This document shows, piece by piece, positions 48,750 through 59,334 of a DNA stretch of 64,000 bases. The notes beneath the pieces are model-generated. The model had not been told where the DNA came from and ran no database searches. It worked only from the letters and a program-made list of their open reading frames with translations. Each line of letters begins with the position of its first letter. The first letter of the stretch is position 1. The translations under genes and the position numbers were made by a program. This stretch comes from Gemmatimonadales bacterium (lineage in GTDB: Bacteria > Gemmatimonadota > Gemmatimonadetes > Gemmatimonadales > GWC2-71-9): positions 840 to 64,839 of the forward strand of contig JACDBX010000084.1 in NCBI GenBank assembly GCA_013694695.1, in the 5' to 3' direction.

Positions 48750-49886
48750 TCAAGAGGTTGCGTCCCCTTCGCCCCGTCGGAGGCGAATCGCATCGAGGAA
48801 CTGGCCGAAGTGCGGGAAGGCGTCGTGGGGGCCGGGGGCCGCCTCGGGATGATACTGCACCGCGAATACCGGCAGCGACCGATGCCGGAGCCCCTCGACC
48901 GTCCCATCGTTGAGGTTCAGGTGTGTCACCATCAGGTCGGGAGCCCCCGGAACGCCATCCGGACCGCCCTGAACCGCAAAGCCGTGGTTTTGCGTGGTGA
49001 TGATCACCTTGCCGCTCTCGAGGTCCTTGACGGGGTGATTCCCGCCCCGGTGGCCGTAGGCGAGCTTGGTGGTGCCCGCTCCGAATGCCAGTCCCAGGAG
49101 CTGATGACCGAGGCAGATCCCGAAGGTGGGCACACCACTTTCGCTGATCTCCCGGATGGCCGCGGGGGCGTAGCGGACCGCTGCGGGGTCGCCCGGACCG
49201 TTGGAGAGGAACACGCCGTCCGGCCGGCGGGCGAGCACGTCGGCCGCGCTGGTTTCTGCCGGCACCACCTCGACCCGGAACCCGGTCGATTCCAGCATCC
49301 GGACGATGTTCCGCTTCATCCCGAAATCATACGCCACCACGAGCGGACCCTCGCCGCGCGAATACGATGCGGACGTCGTAGCGAGCGTCGCGAGGTCGAG
49401 CCCGTCCATCGACGGCGATGCGTCGAGTTCGCCTCGAAGTGGCGCGTCGGGCGCCTCACCGAGCCCGATCACGCCGCGCATCGCTCCGCGCTCACGGATG
49501 TGGCGCGTCAGGCGGCGGGTGTCGACTCCGGTGAGGATGGGGATGTTTGCGGCGGCGAGCCACTCGGCGAGCGACTGCGTCGCCTGCCAGTTCGAATACC
49601 CGCTGGAAAGTTCGCGCACGACCACGCCGCGGACCTGCGGTCGATCCGATTCATCGTCGCTCGCGGTGACGCCGTAGTTGCCGATCATGGGAGCGGTCAT
49701 CACCACGATCTGCCCCATGTAGCTGGGGTCGGTGAACGTCTCCTGGTATCCCGTCATGCTGGTCGTGAAAACCACCTCGCCGAACGCGGGAGCGCCGGCG
49801 CCGACAAGTGTGCCGGCAAACCACTCACCATCCTCGAGAAGAACGAAGGCGGGACGCCCCGTCCCGCCCCCGGCCTCCCCGCTCAC
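48750..49886 (-). CDS. carA: Carbamoyl-phosphate synthase small (glutaminase) subunit
   Basis: [19 protein letters not shown] and FAVQYHPEA. The GTG at 49886 overlaps the secG TGA as GTGA. Confidence 0.92.
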   Translation of the reverse strand: MSGEAGGGTGRPAFVLLEDGEWFAGTLVGAGAPAFGEVVFTTSMTGYQETFTDPSYMGQIVVMTAPMIGNYGVTASDDESDRPQVRGVVVRELSSGYSNWQATQSLAEWLAAANIPILTGVDTRRLTRHIRERGAMRGVIGLGEAPDAPLRGELDASPSMDGLDLATLATTSASYSRGEGPLVVAYDFGMKRNIVRMLESTGFRVEVVPAETSAADVLARRPDGVFLSNGPGDPAAVRYAPAAIREISESGVPTFGICLGHQLLGLAFGAGTTKLAYGHRGGNHPVKDLESGKVIITTQNHGFAVQGGPDGVPGAPDLMVTHLNLNDGTVEGLRHRSLPVFAVQYHPEAAPGPHDAFPHFGQFLDAIRLRRGEGDATS

Positions 49887-50248
49887 TGCGGTGGCGTACC
49901 CGGGGTGGGCGCTGCCGGACCCGGTGTCGGCACGACCGCGCCGGGAAGCGGCGCGGCCGGAAGTGGAGCCGGTGCCGCACCCTGCTGGAGGCGTCGCTGC
50001 ACCTCGGTCGCGCTGGTGCCGCGCTGGCCGGAGATGGTCGAGAGCACCAGGGCGAGACCCATGAAGATCCCGCCAGTCCACCAGGTGAGGCGGGTCAGCA
50101 GGGTGGTGGCCTGGCGACCGCCCAGGACCTGCCCGGTGCTGCCCCCGCCGAGCGAAGCGAGTCCCCCGCCCTGTCCGGCCTGCAACAGCACGACCACCGA
50201 GAGAATGATTCCATCGATAAGGAGGAGCACGAGCAGGAACGTGAACAT
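49883..50248 (-). CDS. secG: Preprotein translocase subunit SecG (with Pro/Ala-rich tail)
   Basis: [36 protein letters not shown] and a second TM. It sits after tpiA as in many bacteria. The C-terminal ~45 aa are Pro/Ala-rich. Confidence 0.85.
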   Translation of the reverse strand: MFTFLLVLLLIDGIILSVVVLLQAGQGGGLASLGGGSTGQVLGGRQATTLLTRLTWWTGGIFMGLALVLSTISGQRGTSATEVQRRLQQGAAPAPLPAAPLPGAVVPTPGPAAPTPGTPPQ

Positions 50249-50289
50249 CGGTTTTCCCAGGTTGAGGCTAGCCGTCAAAGATAATCGGT

Positions 50290-51033
50290 TCAGCCCTCGG
50301 CGCAGATGGCGGCCCAGCCGTCGGGATCGAGCGACGCTCCGCCGACGAGGACGCCGTCGAGTTCGCGCTGGGCAAGGAGGGCCGCGACATTGCCGGTGTT
50401 GACCGAGCCGCCGTAAAGCACCCGAGTCTCGCCGGCGAAGCCCAGGTCCTGGAGGACGTTGCGGATCCCGCGGTGGGCGCGGGCGGCGTCGTCGGGCGTC
50501 GCGTTGCGCCCCGTCCCTATGGCCCAGACCGGTTCGTATGCGATCACGAGGTCGATCCCGGGGTCGACACCATCCAGAGCGCTGGTGAGCTGCCGTGCGG
50601 TCGTGGCGTCGGTCCTGCCGGCCTCCCGATCGTCGAGAGTTTCGCCGACGCAGAGCATCACCTGGAGCCCGCCGTCGACCACCGCGTCGAGTTTGCGGCG
50701 GGTCTCCTCGTCGGTGTCGCCGAAGACGTGCCGCCGCTCGCTGTGGCCAACCAGTGCCGCGGCCGCGCCGGCGCTCCGCGCGAGCGAGACCGACGTCGCC
50801 CCGGTGAACGCGCCCTTTGGTTCCCAGTGCACGTCCTGCGCGCCAACCACGGCGTGGTCGTGCCCGACGAGAGCGCGTGCAACCGCCTCGATCGATACTG
50901 CCGGTGGAAAGAACGCGAGACTGCGTCCGGCGCGTGGAGCGTCGACCTCGAGAAACCGATCCATGTAGGTACGGGCCTCACCGGGGCTGAGGTGCATCTT
51001 CCAGTTGGCCGCGAAAAGGATGGAGCGACTCAC
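50290..51033 (-). CDS. tpiA: Triosephosphate isomerase
   Basis: FAANWKM, VGHSERR, AYEPVWAIGTG and YGGSV. Confidence 0.95.
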   Translation of the reverse strand: MSRSILFAANWKMHLSPGEARTYMDRFLEVDAPRAGRSLAFFPPAVSIEAVARALVGHDHAVVGAQDVHWEPKGAFTGATSVSLARSAGAAAALVGHSERRHVFGDTDEETRRKLDAVVDGGLQVMLCVGETLDDREAGRTDATTARQLTSALDGVDPGIDLVIAYEPVWAIGTGRNATPDDAARAHRGIRNVLQDLGFAGETRVLYGGSVNTGNVAALLAQRELDGVLVGGASLDPDGWAAICAEG

Positions 51034-52226
51034 GACGCGTCGTCCAGGGCGGCGACGCCCGGCAGGGGCTTGCCCTCGAGGAACTCAAGCGACGCACCAC
51101 CGCCAGTCGAGACGTGCGACACGCGATCGTCAAGTCCGGCCGCGGCAACGGCTGCTGCCGAGTCGCCGCCGCCGATGATCGTGACGGCTCCAGCGTCGGT
51201 TGCCGCCGCCATGGCATGCGCCACGCCGAGCGTCCCAGCGTCGAAGGGGGGCGTCTCGAAGACGCCCATCGGCCCGTTCCAGATCACGGTGCGCGCCTCC
51301 CGGATGATCGCTGCAAAATGTTCCACGCTCGCAGGGCCTATATCGAACATCGCCTGGTCCGCGGGTATTGCATCACGCTTCACAACGCGCGTCGCGACAC
51401 CAGCCTCGAGGCGACCAGCAACGACGGCATCTGTCGGCAGGACCAGCTTGTCGCCCGCAGTGTCGATCAGCCGCTTCGCCATTTCGACCCGGTCTTCCTC
51501 GACCAGCGACTTCCCCGTCTCGAGTCCCATTGCCCGGAAGAACGTGCACGCCATCGCGCCGCCGATCAGGATCTTGTCGACCTTTGGCAGCAACGCTTCG
51601 ATGAGGTCGATCTTGCCGCTGATCTTGGCGCCACCGAGGATCGCGACAAATGGGCGCGCGGGCTGGCCCACGGCGTCGCCAAGAAAGCGCAGCTCGCGCT
51701 CCAGCAGGAAGCCGGCGACGGCCGGCTTGAGTTGATGCGCGATCGCCTCGGTGCTTGCATGGGCACGATGCGCCGAACCGAAGGCATCGTTGACATAGAT
51801 GTCGCCGAGCGCGGCAAAGCGCGCGGCGAGCGCACGGTCGTTGGCTTCCTCGCCAGGGTAGAACCGGGTGTTCTCGGCGAGCGCCACCCCTCCCCGCGGG
51901 AGATGTCGGACCTCGGCGGCCGCTGCTTCGCTCGCAGGGTCGGGGAGGAACGTCACCGGGATGCCGAGCTGTTTCTCGAGTTCGCGTGCAACGGGTTTCA
52001 GGGAGAATACTGGATCAGGTTTCCCCTTCGGGCGCCCGAGGTGAGACAGCAGCACCACCCGCGCACCGTGCTCCCGCAGGAAGCGGATGGTCGGCAATGA
52101 TGCGCGAATGCGGGTGTCGTCGCCGATCACGCCATCGGCGATCGGCACGTTGAGATCAACGCGCACCACCACTCGCTGCCCGTCGAGGTGAGAGGCATCG
52201 AGCTGGGCGAGCGTCCGCTTGCTCAC
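51030..52226 (-). CDS. pgk: Phosphoglycerate kinase
   Basis: [16 protein letters not shown], and GGGDSAAA plus [13 protein letters not shown]. The GTG at 52226 overlaps the gap TGA; the ORF-track start 52775 lies inside gap. Confidence 0.94.
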   Translation of the reverse strand: MSKRTLAQLDASHLDGQRVVVRVDLNVPIADGVIGDDTRIRASLPTIRFLREHGARVVLLSHLGRPKGKPDPVFSLKPVARELEKQLGIPVTFLPDPASEAAAAEVRHLPRGGVALAENTRFYPGEEANDRALAARFAALGDIYVNDAFGSAHRAHASTEAIAHQLKPAVAGFLLERELRFLGDAVGQPARPFVAILGGAKISGKIDLIEALLPKVDKILIGGAMACTFFRAMGLETGKSLVEEDRVEMAKRLIDTAGDKLVLPTDAVVAGRLEAGVATRVVKRDAIPADQAMFDIGPASVEHFAAIIREARTVIWNGPMGVFETPPFDAGTLGVAHAMAAATDAGAVTIIGGGDSAAAVAAAGLDDRVSHVSTGGGASLEFLEGKPLPGVAALDDAS

Positions 52227-53233
52227 AACTGCGCGCCGATGTGCCGGATCATGTCGACGCAGCGCGCGGAATACCCCATCTCGTTGTCGTACCACGAGGA
52301 GACATGCACCAGGGTACCGTCGACCACCGACGTCGACATGGAATCGACGGTGCTCGACGCGTGGTTGCCGATGTAGTCGACCGAAACCAGCGGCTCGTCG
52401 CTCACGAACAGCACACCCTTGAGCGCACCGTCGGCGGCGGCCCGGAACGCGGCGTTGACCTCGTCCACGGTGGTGGCCCGCTCCACCGTGCAGGTCAGGT
52501 CGACGAGCGACACGTCGGCGGTCGGCACGCGAAGCGCGATCCCGTCGATCTTCCCCTTCACCTCGGGGATGACCAGCGACGTTGCCTTGGCGGCGCCGGT
52601 GCTGGTCGGGATGATCGACAGCGCGGCGGCGCGCGCACGGCGGAGGTCCTTGTGCGGCAAGTCGAGAATGTTCTGGTCGTTGGTGTAGCTGTGCACCGTC
52701 GTCATGAATCCGCGCACGAACCCGAACTGCTCGCGGATCACCTTCACTACCGGCACCAGGCAGTTGGTGGTGCACGATGCGTTCGAGATCACGTGGTGCT
52801 TGGCCGGGTCGTACTCAAGGTGGTTCACGCCGTAGACGAACGTCTTGTCCTCGCCCTTGGCCGGGGCCGAGATCACGACCTTCTTCGCGCCGGCGGTGAG
52901 GTGCATTGCCGCCTTGTCGCGGTCCGTGAAGATGCCGGTGCTTTCGAGGACGATGTCGACGCCCACGTCGCCCCAGGGCAGCTTCGAGGGGTCGCGCTCC
53001 GAGAAGACCTTCACGAGGTCACCACCGACATCAAGCCCGCCATCGACCGCGGTCACCTCGAACGGGAAGCGCCCATGCACCGAGTCGTACTTGAGCAGGT
53101 GCGCCAGGGTCTTCGTGTCGGTGAGGTCGTTGACCGCGACGAAGTCGATGTCGGTGATCCCGGCCGCCTTGGCTGCGCGAATCACGTTCCTGCCGATGCG
53201 TCCGAAACCGTTGATGCCGACACGAATGCTCAT
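52223..53233 (-). CDS. gap: Glyceraldehyde-3-phosphate dehydrogenase
   Basis: [19 protein letters not shown] and WYDNEMGYS. Confidence 0.95.
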   Translation of the reverse strand: MSIRVGINGFGRIGRNVIRAAKAAGITDIDFVAVNDLTDTKTLAHLLKYDSVHGRFPFEVTAVDGGLDVGGDLVKVFSERDPSKLPWGDVGVDIVLESTGIFTDRDKAAMHLTAGAKKVVISAPAKGEDKTFVYGVNHLEYDPAKHHVISNASCTTNCLVPVVKVIREQFGFVRGFMTTVHSYTNDQNILDLPHKDLRRARAAALSIIPTSTGAAKATSLVIPEVKGKIDGIALRVPTADVSLVDLTCTVERATTVDEVNAAFRAAADGALKGVLFVSDEPLVSVDYIGNHASSTVDSMSTSVVDGTLVHVSSWYDNEMGYSARCVDMIRHIGAQL

Positions 53234-53994
53234 ACTGAAGCCTCACTTGAACGAAGTAGGGTGGTGATGTCGATCCGGGTCGCCGCGTCAGTGAGCGGCG
53301 GGGCGGCCCGGGCAAATGTCAGTGCGCTCACGGCGCCTGCGCCCCCGTCGAGGAGGGCCGTGGCTGCCGAACTTAACGTGGCGCCGGTGGTGAACACATC
53401 GTCGACCAGCACCGCCCGCCGCGCGCTCGGCGTGACCCCGAACGCGCCGGCCAGGTTCGCCATCCGCATCGCTGGCGTCAGGCGCGTTTGCGTGGCAGTG
53501 TCGCGCAGCCGGCAAATCCGCCCACGATCCACAGGCATCCCGCTCAGCCGTCCCAGCGCATCGGCGAGGCGCGTCGCCTGATTATAGCCTCGCGTGATCC
53601 GGCGGCGCCGGGAAAGCGGCACCGGTACGAGGTCGGTGTCACCATCGGACGAGGCGAGCAGCGGCAGCATGCGGGCGGCGAACACCTCGGCGAGCCGCCA
53701 CCATCCATCGTATTTGAATGCGTGAATCAGCTCACGGACCGGGGCATCGAGTCGCACCGCGCTCCGTGCACCGCTGAACCCATCCGGCCAGCCCGCGCAC
53801 AGCCGGCACGCGACGCCAAGGTCGGTCGGCTCACCGCAGGTGACGCAGACGGGATCGGGGAGTGCACGCCACCGAATACGGCACATCTCGCAAACAAGTG
53901 GCTCACCAGCCTCCGTCACTGTCGCGCCGCAGCTCATGCACTCGGCCGCGAGCAGCCACCGCTCCGTGGCGCGGAGGGCGTCAGGCCACATCAT
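53230..53994 (-). CDS. comF: ComF-family phosphoribosyltransferase-like protein
   Basis: An N-terminal double Cys pair (CMSCG...CEMC; CVTCG...CRLC), RGYNQA, and the PRPP loop [12 protein letters not shown]. Confidence 0.8.
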   Translation of the reverse strand: MMWPDALRATERWLLAAECMSCGATVTEAGEPLVCEMCRIRWRALPDPVCVTCGEPTDLGVACRLCAGWPDGFSGARSAVRLDAPVRELIHAFKYDGWWRLAEVFAARMLPLLASSDGDTDLVPVPLSRRRRITRGYNQATRLADALGRLSGMPVDRGRICRLRDTATQTRLTPAMRMANLAGAFGVTPSARRAVLVDDVFTTGATLSSAATALLDGGAGAVSALTFARAAPPLTDAATRIDITTLLRSSEASV

Positions 53995-54787
53995 CGGAGA
54001 GTGCCGCCCGCATCACGTCCAGCGGCGGTATGCAGCCGGGGAACCAGTGTCTCCACGCCGCCGCGCCCTGGAGCAGCAGCGGCTCTCGGCCATCGAGCGC
54101 CCGCACCCCCCGTTCGCGCCACGCGCTGCACCACGCAGTCGTCCCGTGGGTGCGATAGGTTAGATCGAGCACAGCGCGGACCCCGGGCAATGCATCCGGG
54201 TGGCACGGAAGGCCATCGTCGTCTGCCAGACCGAGCGGCGTTGCGTTGATCGCCACAGTCGCTTGCGCGGGCGACACCACCACTGCACCAAGCGCGTCAC
54301 ACCAGTTCGCGAATGCCTCGGCCCTGGCCGCGTCGCGCGACGACACCGCCACCGCGTGTCCGCCGGCGACCGCTGCCGCCGCGGCGCTGCGGGCGCTGCC
54401 GCCGGTGCCGAGGATCAACCACGCGCCGTCGGGATTTCCCATGGCAGCAACCGACCCGGCCACGGCCTCGATGTCGGTGTTGGCCACGATGAGTCCTGCG
54501 TCGCTGGCCGCGAAGGTGTTGATGGCGCCGGTGCCCGCGTCGAAGGTCGCAGCGGGCGCGCAGTCAGCTGCGACCCGCTTGTGCGGCACCGTCACGTTGC
54601 CTCCGCCCCCCGCCCGGGTGAGCAAGTGCATCGTCGGCACCACCGCATCCGCATCACAGCGAAGCGCCACGTACACCGCGTCGATCCCGGCGGCGTGAAA
54701 CGCGGCGTTCTGCATGCGCGGTGAGAGCGAATGCGACACCGGGTTGCCCAGCAACGCGAATGTCCGGGTTCGGGCGGTGAAGTTCAT
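53981..54787 (-). CDS. aroE: Shikimate dehydrogenase
   Basis: LLGNPVSHSLSPRMQNAAF, NVTVPHK, NTD and ILGTGGSARS. Confidence 0.9.
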   Translation of the reverse strand: MNFTARTRTFALLGNPVSHSLSPRMQNAAFHAAGIDAVYVALRCDADAVVPTMHLLTRAGGGGNVTVPHKRVAADCAPAATFDAGTGAINTFAASDAGLIVANTDIEAVAGSVAAMGNPDGAWLILGTGGSARSAAAAAVAGGHAVAVSSRDAARAEAFANWCDALGAVVVSPAQATVAINATPLGLADDDGLPCHPDALPGVRAVLDLTYRTHGTTAWCSAWRERGVRALDGREPLLLQGAAAWRHWFPGCIPPLDVMRAALSDDVA

Positions 54788-55257
54788 GGCGCGCGCCGGG
54801 CCGATGGATCGGCCAGCAGCCGGGCCATCACACCATCCAGCATCGCGTCGAACGCGTCCGCTGTCTCGCGATAGGCCTCGACGCTTCCGCCGAACGGATC
54901 GGGAACATCGGCCGCGTCCGTGTCGGATCCGAACCTGGACAGCAAGTGGGTGCGGTTGGCTCCACCGAGTTCATTGACGCGCTGGCGATGCGCTACTCCC
55001 ATCACGAGTACCATGTCAGCGGCGTGAACCAGCTCTGCGGAAAGCTGGCGAGAACGGTGCGCCGAAAGGTCGATGCCGCGTTCCAGCGCCACCAGAAGCG
55101 AACCGTCTGACGCTGGTGCGCCCGGCCACGCGGAGGTGCCCGCCGACGCCACGATCGTCCCGGCGAGTTCGGGATGCCGCGCAACGCGGTCGGCCAGCAT
55201 GGCCGCCGCGAGCGGTGATCGACAGGTGTTCCCCGAGCACACCACGAGGATGCGCAT
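54784..55257 (-). CDS. Low-molecular-weight protein tyrosine/arginine phosphatase
   Basis: MRILVVCSGNTCRSPLAAAM (CX5R P-loop) and DVPDPFGG. ATG at 55257 lies just after the tsaC stop. Confidence 0.88.
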   Translation of the reverse strand: MRILVVCSGNTCRSPLAAAMLADRVARHPELAGTIVASAGTSAWPGAPASDGSLLVALERGIDLSAHRSRQLSAELVHAADMVLVMGVAHRQRVNELGGANRTHLLSRFGSDTDAADVPDPFGGSVEAYRETADAFDAMLDGVMARLLADPSARRAP

Positions 55258-55259
55258 GC

Positions 55260-55928
55260 TCACGGCGCCAGCGACCCTGCGCGCGCGCGCAACTCGGTCC
55301 GCGGAATTGCGCCCTCGCGAACCAGACGGGCCACCGGACCGGTACAATCGACCAGCGTCGACGGCGGGACATTACCGAGGACACCGCCATCAAGCACCAG
55401 CAGGTCACCTGATTCCACGGCGTCCGGAAAAATCCCCGGCACTCCAGTGGCCCCGGCCGAGGGCGCGCCACCCGGTACGTTGGCGGAGGTCGACGTGATC
55501 GGATCACCGATCGCGCTGACGAGGCGCGCGAGCAGTGCGTGCGACGTCCAGCGCACCGCAATGCCACCCTCAGGACCACGGAGGCGGTCGGGCAGGCGGC
55601 CTTCACCACCACGCAGCACCAGCGTGAGCGGGCCGGGCCAGAACTCCTTCGCCAGCACGCGGGCAGCCGGTGTCATCGCGAGACCCGACGCAGTCAGCAT
55701 GTCGAGGCCTGAGACTATCAGGAGGAACGGCTTGGTGGGGGGGCGGCGCTTGAGCCGGGCAAGCGCGTCCAGCCCGGCGTCCGATGCATCGGAGCCCAGT
55801 CCATAAACGGTCTCGGTCGGATAGGCGAGCAGCTTCCCGGCCCGCAGGTGGTTGGCCACCCGCAGCGCGACGGCGTCGACGTCGCGCTCCGTCCGGAACG
55901 GAACGATCACCGCTGCGCCGCCAGCCAC
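55260..55928 (-). CDS. tsaC: L-threonylcarbamoyladenylate synthase (YrdC/YwlC/TsaC family)
   Basis: YPTETVYGLGSDA, LKRRPPTKPFLLIV and TSANVPGG. Start codon is GTG. Confidence 0.88.
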   Translation of the reverse strand: MAGGAAVIVPFRTERDVDAVALRVANHLRAGKLLAYPTETVYGLGSDASDAGLDALARLKRRPPTKPFLLIVSGLDMLTASGLAMTPAARVLAKEFWPGPLTLVLRGGEGRLPDRLRGPEGGIAVRWTSHALLARLVSAIGDPITSTSANVPGGAPSAGATGVPGIFPDAVESGDLLVLDGGVLGNVPPSTLVDCTGPVARLVREGAIPRTELRARAGSLAP

Positions 55929-56629
55929 TGGGCCATCAGGACATCGTCAGGGGTGGTGATCTTGACGTTGCGGGGCGATCCGGGAATGAGCTGGATCCGC
56001 TCGCCCATCCTCTCGACCAGGCCTGCATCATCGGTGGCACACAGTCCCTCGGCTTGCGCAGCCGCATGCGCGCGGGCGAGAACATCGCGCGGGAATGCTT
56101 GGGGCGTCTGCGCGCGCCACAAACCGTCGCGCGCCACGGTGGTGAGGACCTGCCCGTACTCGTCGGCGCGCTTGATGGTGTCGCCAACCGGAATCGCGGG
56201 GACCGCGCCGTGACCATTCCGGGCGATCGCGATGCCCTCGTCGATCACGGTGCGGGGCGGGAACGGGCGAGCGCCATCGTGCACCAGCACGATCGTGCAC
56301 GCTGGCCCGAGCGCGGCGAGCCCGGCAGCCACTGATGCGCTGCGCTCGTCACCACCCGCCACGACTGCGAGCAGCTCGCCGACGTGCGCAGCCAGCCAGG
56401 GCGGAGGGTCGGCGGCGTCGGTGGGCGACAGCACGACGACAACCTGGCATATGTCGGGGTGCGACACGAATGGTCGGATGGCGTGCAGGAGCACCGGTGC
56501 GCCGGCGAGCTCGAGAAACTGCTTGGGCACGTCGCCGCCGACCCGGGTGCCGCGACCGGCTGCCACGATGATGGCACCGCAGTCACGCGGCAAGGGTGCG
56601 CACCAACTGGTCAACGTGTTCGAGCCCAC
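55907..56629 (-). CDS. ispD: 2-C-methyl-D-erythritol 4-phosphate cytidylyltransferase
   Basis: IIVAAGRGTRVGGDVPKQF, VLVHDGARPF and TPQAF. Start is uncertain: GTG at 56629 or TTG at 56614, both overlapping the radA 3' end. Confidence 0.88.
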   Translation of the reverse strand: MGSNTLTSWCAPLPRDCGAIIVAAGRGTRVGGDVPKQFLELAGAPVLLHAIRPFVSHPDICQVVVVLSPTDAADPPPWLAAHVGELLAVVAGGDERSASVAAGLAALGPACTIVLVHDGARPFPPRTVIDEGIAIARNGHGAVPAIPVGDTIKRADEYGQVLTTVARDGLWRAQTPQAFPRDVLARAHAAAQAEGLCATDDAGLVERMGERIQLIPGSPRNVKITTPDDVLMAQWLAAQR

Positions 56630-57935
56630 GATGACGGATGCCCGCCACGGTCACCTTTGATCGTGCCGAGCCGAATGCCTGATGAAAGCCAAGGCGCGCC
56701 GCTTCGGCGAGACGTCGCTCGACACCGCCGATCGGGCGAACCTCGCCGCCGAGCCCGAGTTCACCGAGATACATCGCATCGGCTGGCGTGGCGCGGTTGT
56801 GCGCCGATGAGAGCAGCGCAGCGGCAACCGCGAGGTCGGCCCCGGGTTCATTGAGTCGCACGCCGGCTGTCACCTGCACGAATACATCGAGTCCGGCGAA
56901 CGACGTCCCGCCGCGGCGTTCCAGCACGGCGAGCAGCACGGCAAGGCGTTTCGGGTCGATGCCCGTGGCAACCCGTTGCGGGGTTCCGTATCCCGACGGA
57001 GCGGCGAGTGCCTGCACCTCGACCAGCACCGGACGGGTTCCCTCCATCAGCGCGGTAACTGCGCTACCCGGCGTTCCGGTCGTCCGCGCAGCGAGGAACA
57101 CCGCAGAGGGGTTCGCCACCGGGATCAGCCCGCGCTCGGTCATGGTGAAGACACCGAGCTCATCCACGGAGCCGAAACGATTCTTCGTCGCGCGCAGCAG
57201 TCGGTAGTCGAGGGTCGTCTCGCCTTCGAAGTAGAGCACGGTGTCGACGATGTGCTCGAGCGTGCGCGGTCCGGCGATGCTGCCGCCCTTTGTCACGTGA
57301 CCCACCACGATCACCGCGACGCCGCTCTCCTTGGCGTGCCGCATCAGCATTCCGGCGCACTCCCGGACCTGCCCGACGTTCCCCGGTGCACTTTCCAGTG
57401 CCTCGGTGTACACGGTCTGGATGGAGTCGAGGATCAGCACCGATGCGCCGACAGCGTGGGTGGCGCGGAGGATCGCCTCGAGCCGCGTCTCGCCGATCAC
57501 CTGCACGCCTCCGCTCTCTTCGCCGATTCGGTCGGCGCGCAGTCGCAACTGTTCGGGTGACTCCTCTCCGCTGGCGTATAGCACGGTGCGACCACCCGCC
57601 TCGAGTCGTGCAGCGGCCTGCAGCAGCAGCGTGGACTTGCCGATTCCGGGCTCGCCGCCGATCAGTGTCATCGATCCCGGAACGAGCCCGCCGCCGAGGA
57701 CGAAGTCGAGCTCGGGCAACCCGCTGCTCCAGCGCTCAAGACGGGCGCCCTCGACCTCGCGCAACCGGATCGGTGCGGCGGCGGTGGCCACCATCCCGCC
57801 CCCCCGCACCACTCGATCTCCCGCCGGCTCCTCGGCGACGCTGTTCCAGGCGCTGCATCCCTCGCACTGCCCGGCCCATTTCGCGTGCTGGTGGCCGCAT
57901 TCGTTGCACCGCCATACCGACCGAACCCGCGCCAT
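56583..57935 (-). CDS. radA: DNA repair protein RadA
   Basis: Zinc finger WRCNECGHQHAKWAGQCEGCSAWNS, Walker A GGEPGIGKSTLL, the KNRFG motif (ATKNRFGS), and a Lon-like C-terminus. I trimmed the start to ATG at 57935. Confidence 0.94.
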   Translation of the reverse strand: MARVRSVWRCNECGHQHAKWAGQCEGCSAWNSVAEEPAGDRVVRGGGMVATAAAPIRLREVEGARLERWSSGLPELDFVLGGGLVPGSMTLIGGEPGIGKSTLLLQAAARLEAGGRTVLYASGEESPEQLRLRADRIGEESGGVQVIGETRLEAILRATHAVGASVLILDSIQTVYTEALESAPGNVGQVRECAGMLMRHAKESGVAVIVVGHVTKGGSIAGPRTLEHIVDTVLYFEGETTLDYRLLRATKNRFGSVDELGVFTMTERGLIPVANPSAVFLAARTTGTPGSAVTALMEGTRPVLVEVQALAAPSGYGTPQRVATGIDPKRLAVLLAVLERRGGTSFAGLDVFVQVTAGVRLNEPGADLAVAAALLSSAHNRATPADAMYLGELGLGGEVRPIGGVERRLAEAARLGFHQAFGSARSKVTVAGIRHRGLEHVDQLVRTLAA

Positions 57936-57936
57936 C

Positions 57937-59334
57937 TCAGTTCTCGCGGTCGCTGAGGTTGTCGAAGCGGGTGAACTGCTTGTGGAAGTAGAGATCAACC
58001 TGGCCAGTCGGGCCATTGCGGTGCTTGGCCAGGATCACGTCGGTCCGCCCCTCGAGCGTTTCGCCCGCCTGTTCGGCCTTTTCGCGCAGGTCCCGGTACA
58101 TCTCGGGTCGGTGGATGAACATCACGAGGTCGGCGTCCTGCTCGATCGCGCCGGAATCGCGGAGGTCGGAAAGCAGCGGCAGCCGATCGCCCCCGCGCTG
58201 CTCGGATGCGCGAGAGAGCTGCGAGAGCGCGATCACGGGAAGCTCAAGTTCGCGGGCGAGCTGCTTGAGCGACCGCGAGATGTCGGAGATTTCCTGCACG
58301 CGGTTCTCCGAGTACTCCGGGCTGCGCATCAACTGCAGGTAGTCGACGATCACCAGCCGCACGTCGTTCTCGGCCTTGAGTCGCCGCGCCTTCGATCGCA
58401 TCTCCAGCAACGTGAGCGCAGGCGTGTCATCGATCCAGACCGGGCAGGTCTGCAGGATGCCCGCGGCGCGCGCGAGGTTGGTCCAGTCAGGCGGCTTCAG
58501 CATCCCGCGCCGCACCGACTGGGAATCGACCCGGGCCTCGGCGCACAGCATCCGCTGCACCAGCGAATCCTTCGACATCTCGAGCGAGAAAATCGCCACG
58601 CCGTGGCCCTCGTGCGCGGCGTGCGTCGCCAGGTTGAGGCAGAACGCCGTCTTGCCCATCGACGGGCGCGCCGCAACGATGATCAGCTCGGAGGGTTGGA
58701 AGCCCGTGGTCATGTCGTCAAGCTTGGTGAAGCCGCTGGGAACCCCGGTGATCGTTCCCTTGCCCTTCTGGAGCGCATCAATGCGATCCATCGCCGGGTA
58801 GAGAAGCTCCTTGATCCGGATGAACTTCTCCTCGCCCCGCTGCTGCGCGATCCGGAAGATCTTCCCCTCGGCGCTGTCGAGCAGCTCGGTCGCCTTCGAC
58901 GCGCCCTCGTAGGTCTCGGTGATGATCTGGGTTGCGGCCTCGATGAGCCGCCGTGAGATCGCCTTCTCCTTGAGGATCCGGGCGTGGTACTCGAGGTTCG
59001 CCGCGGTGGGCACCGCGTTGACCAGTTCGTCGAGGTAGTCGATCCCACCCGAGAGCTCGAGATCGCCGCGCCGCTGCAGTTCTTCGCGCAGCGTGATGTA
59101 GTCGATCATCATCCGCTGCTCGACCAGCGCACGGATGGCACGGAAGAGGCGCCGGTGTCCCTCGCGATAGAACATCCCGTCGTCGAGGAGTTCGGCACCA
59201 CGAAGCGCGGCCTCGTTGTCGATGACCATGGCGCCAAGCACGGCCTGCTCGGCTTCCTGGCTCCAGGGCACACTGCGGCCCTGGAACGGATCAGTCGATT
59301 GCGTCGAGGAGTTGGCGAGCGATACGGACGTCAT
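57937..59334 (-). CDS. dnaB: Replicative DNA helicase
   Basis: PWSQEAEQAVLGAM, Walker A AARPSMGKTAF, IVDYLQLM and ALSQLSR. No intein-sized insertion is present. Confidence 0.95.
   Translation of the reverse strand: MTSVSLANSSTQSTDPFQGRSVPWSQEAEQAVLGAMVIDNEAALRGAELLDDGMFYREGHRRLFRAIRALVEQRMMIDYITLREELQRRGDLELSGGIDYLDELVNAVPTAANLEYHARILKEKAISRRLIEAATQIITETYEGASKATELLDSAEGKIFRIAQQRGEEKFIRIKELLYPAMDRIDALQKGKGTITGVPSGFTKLDDMTTGFQPSELIIVAARPSMGKTAFCLNLATHAAHEGHGVAIFSLEMSKDSLVQRMLCAEARVDSQSVRRGMLKPPDWTNLARAAGILQTCPVWIDDTPALTLLEMRSKARRLKAENDVRLVIVDYLQLMRSPEYSENRVQEISDISRSLKQLARELELPVIALSQLSRASEQRGGDRLPLLSDLRDSGAIEQDADLVMFIHRPEMYRDLREKAEQAGETLEGRTDVILAKHRNGPTGQVDLYFHKQFTRFDNLSDREN

Noticed and set aside
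47751-50402. 883-aa plus-strand ORF, the longest in the track
   Set aside because: It runs antisense through moaE, moaD, the HU-like gene, carA, secG and tpiA, all of which have clear motifs. Its translation is Arg/Ala/Pro/Ser low-complexity with no recognisable domain. This is the expected shadow ORF in GC-rich DNA.
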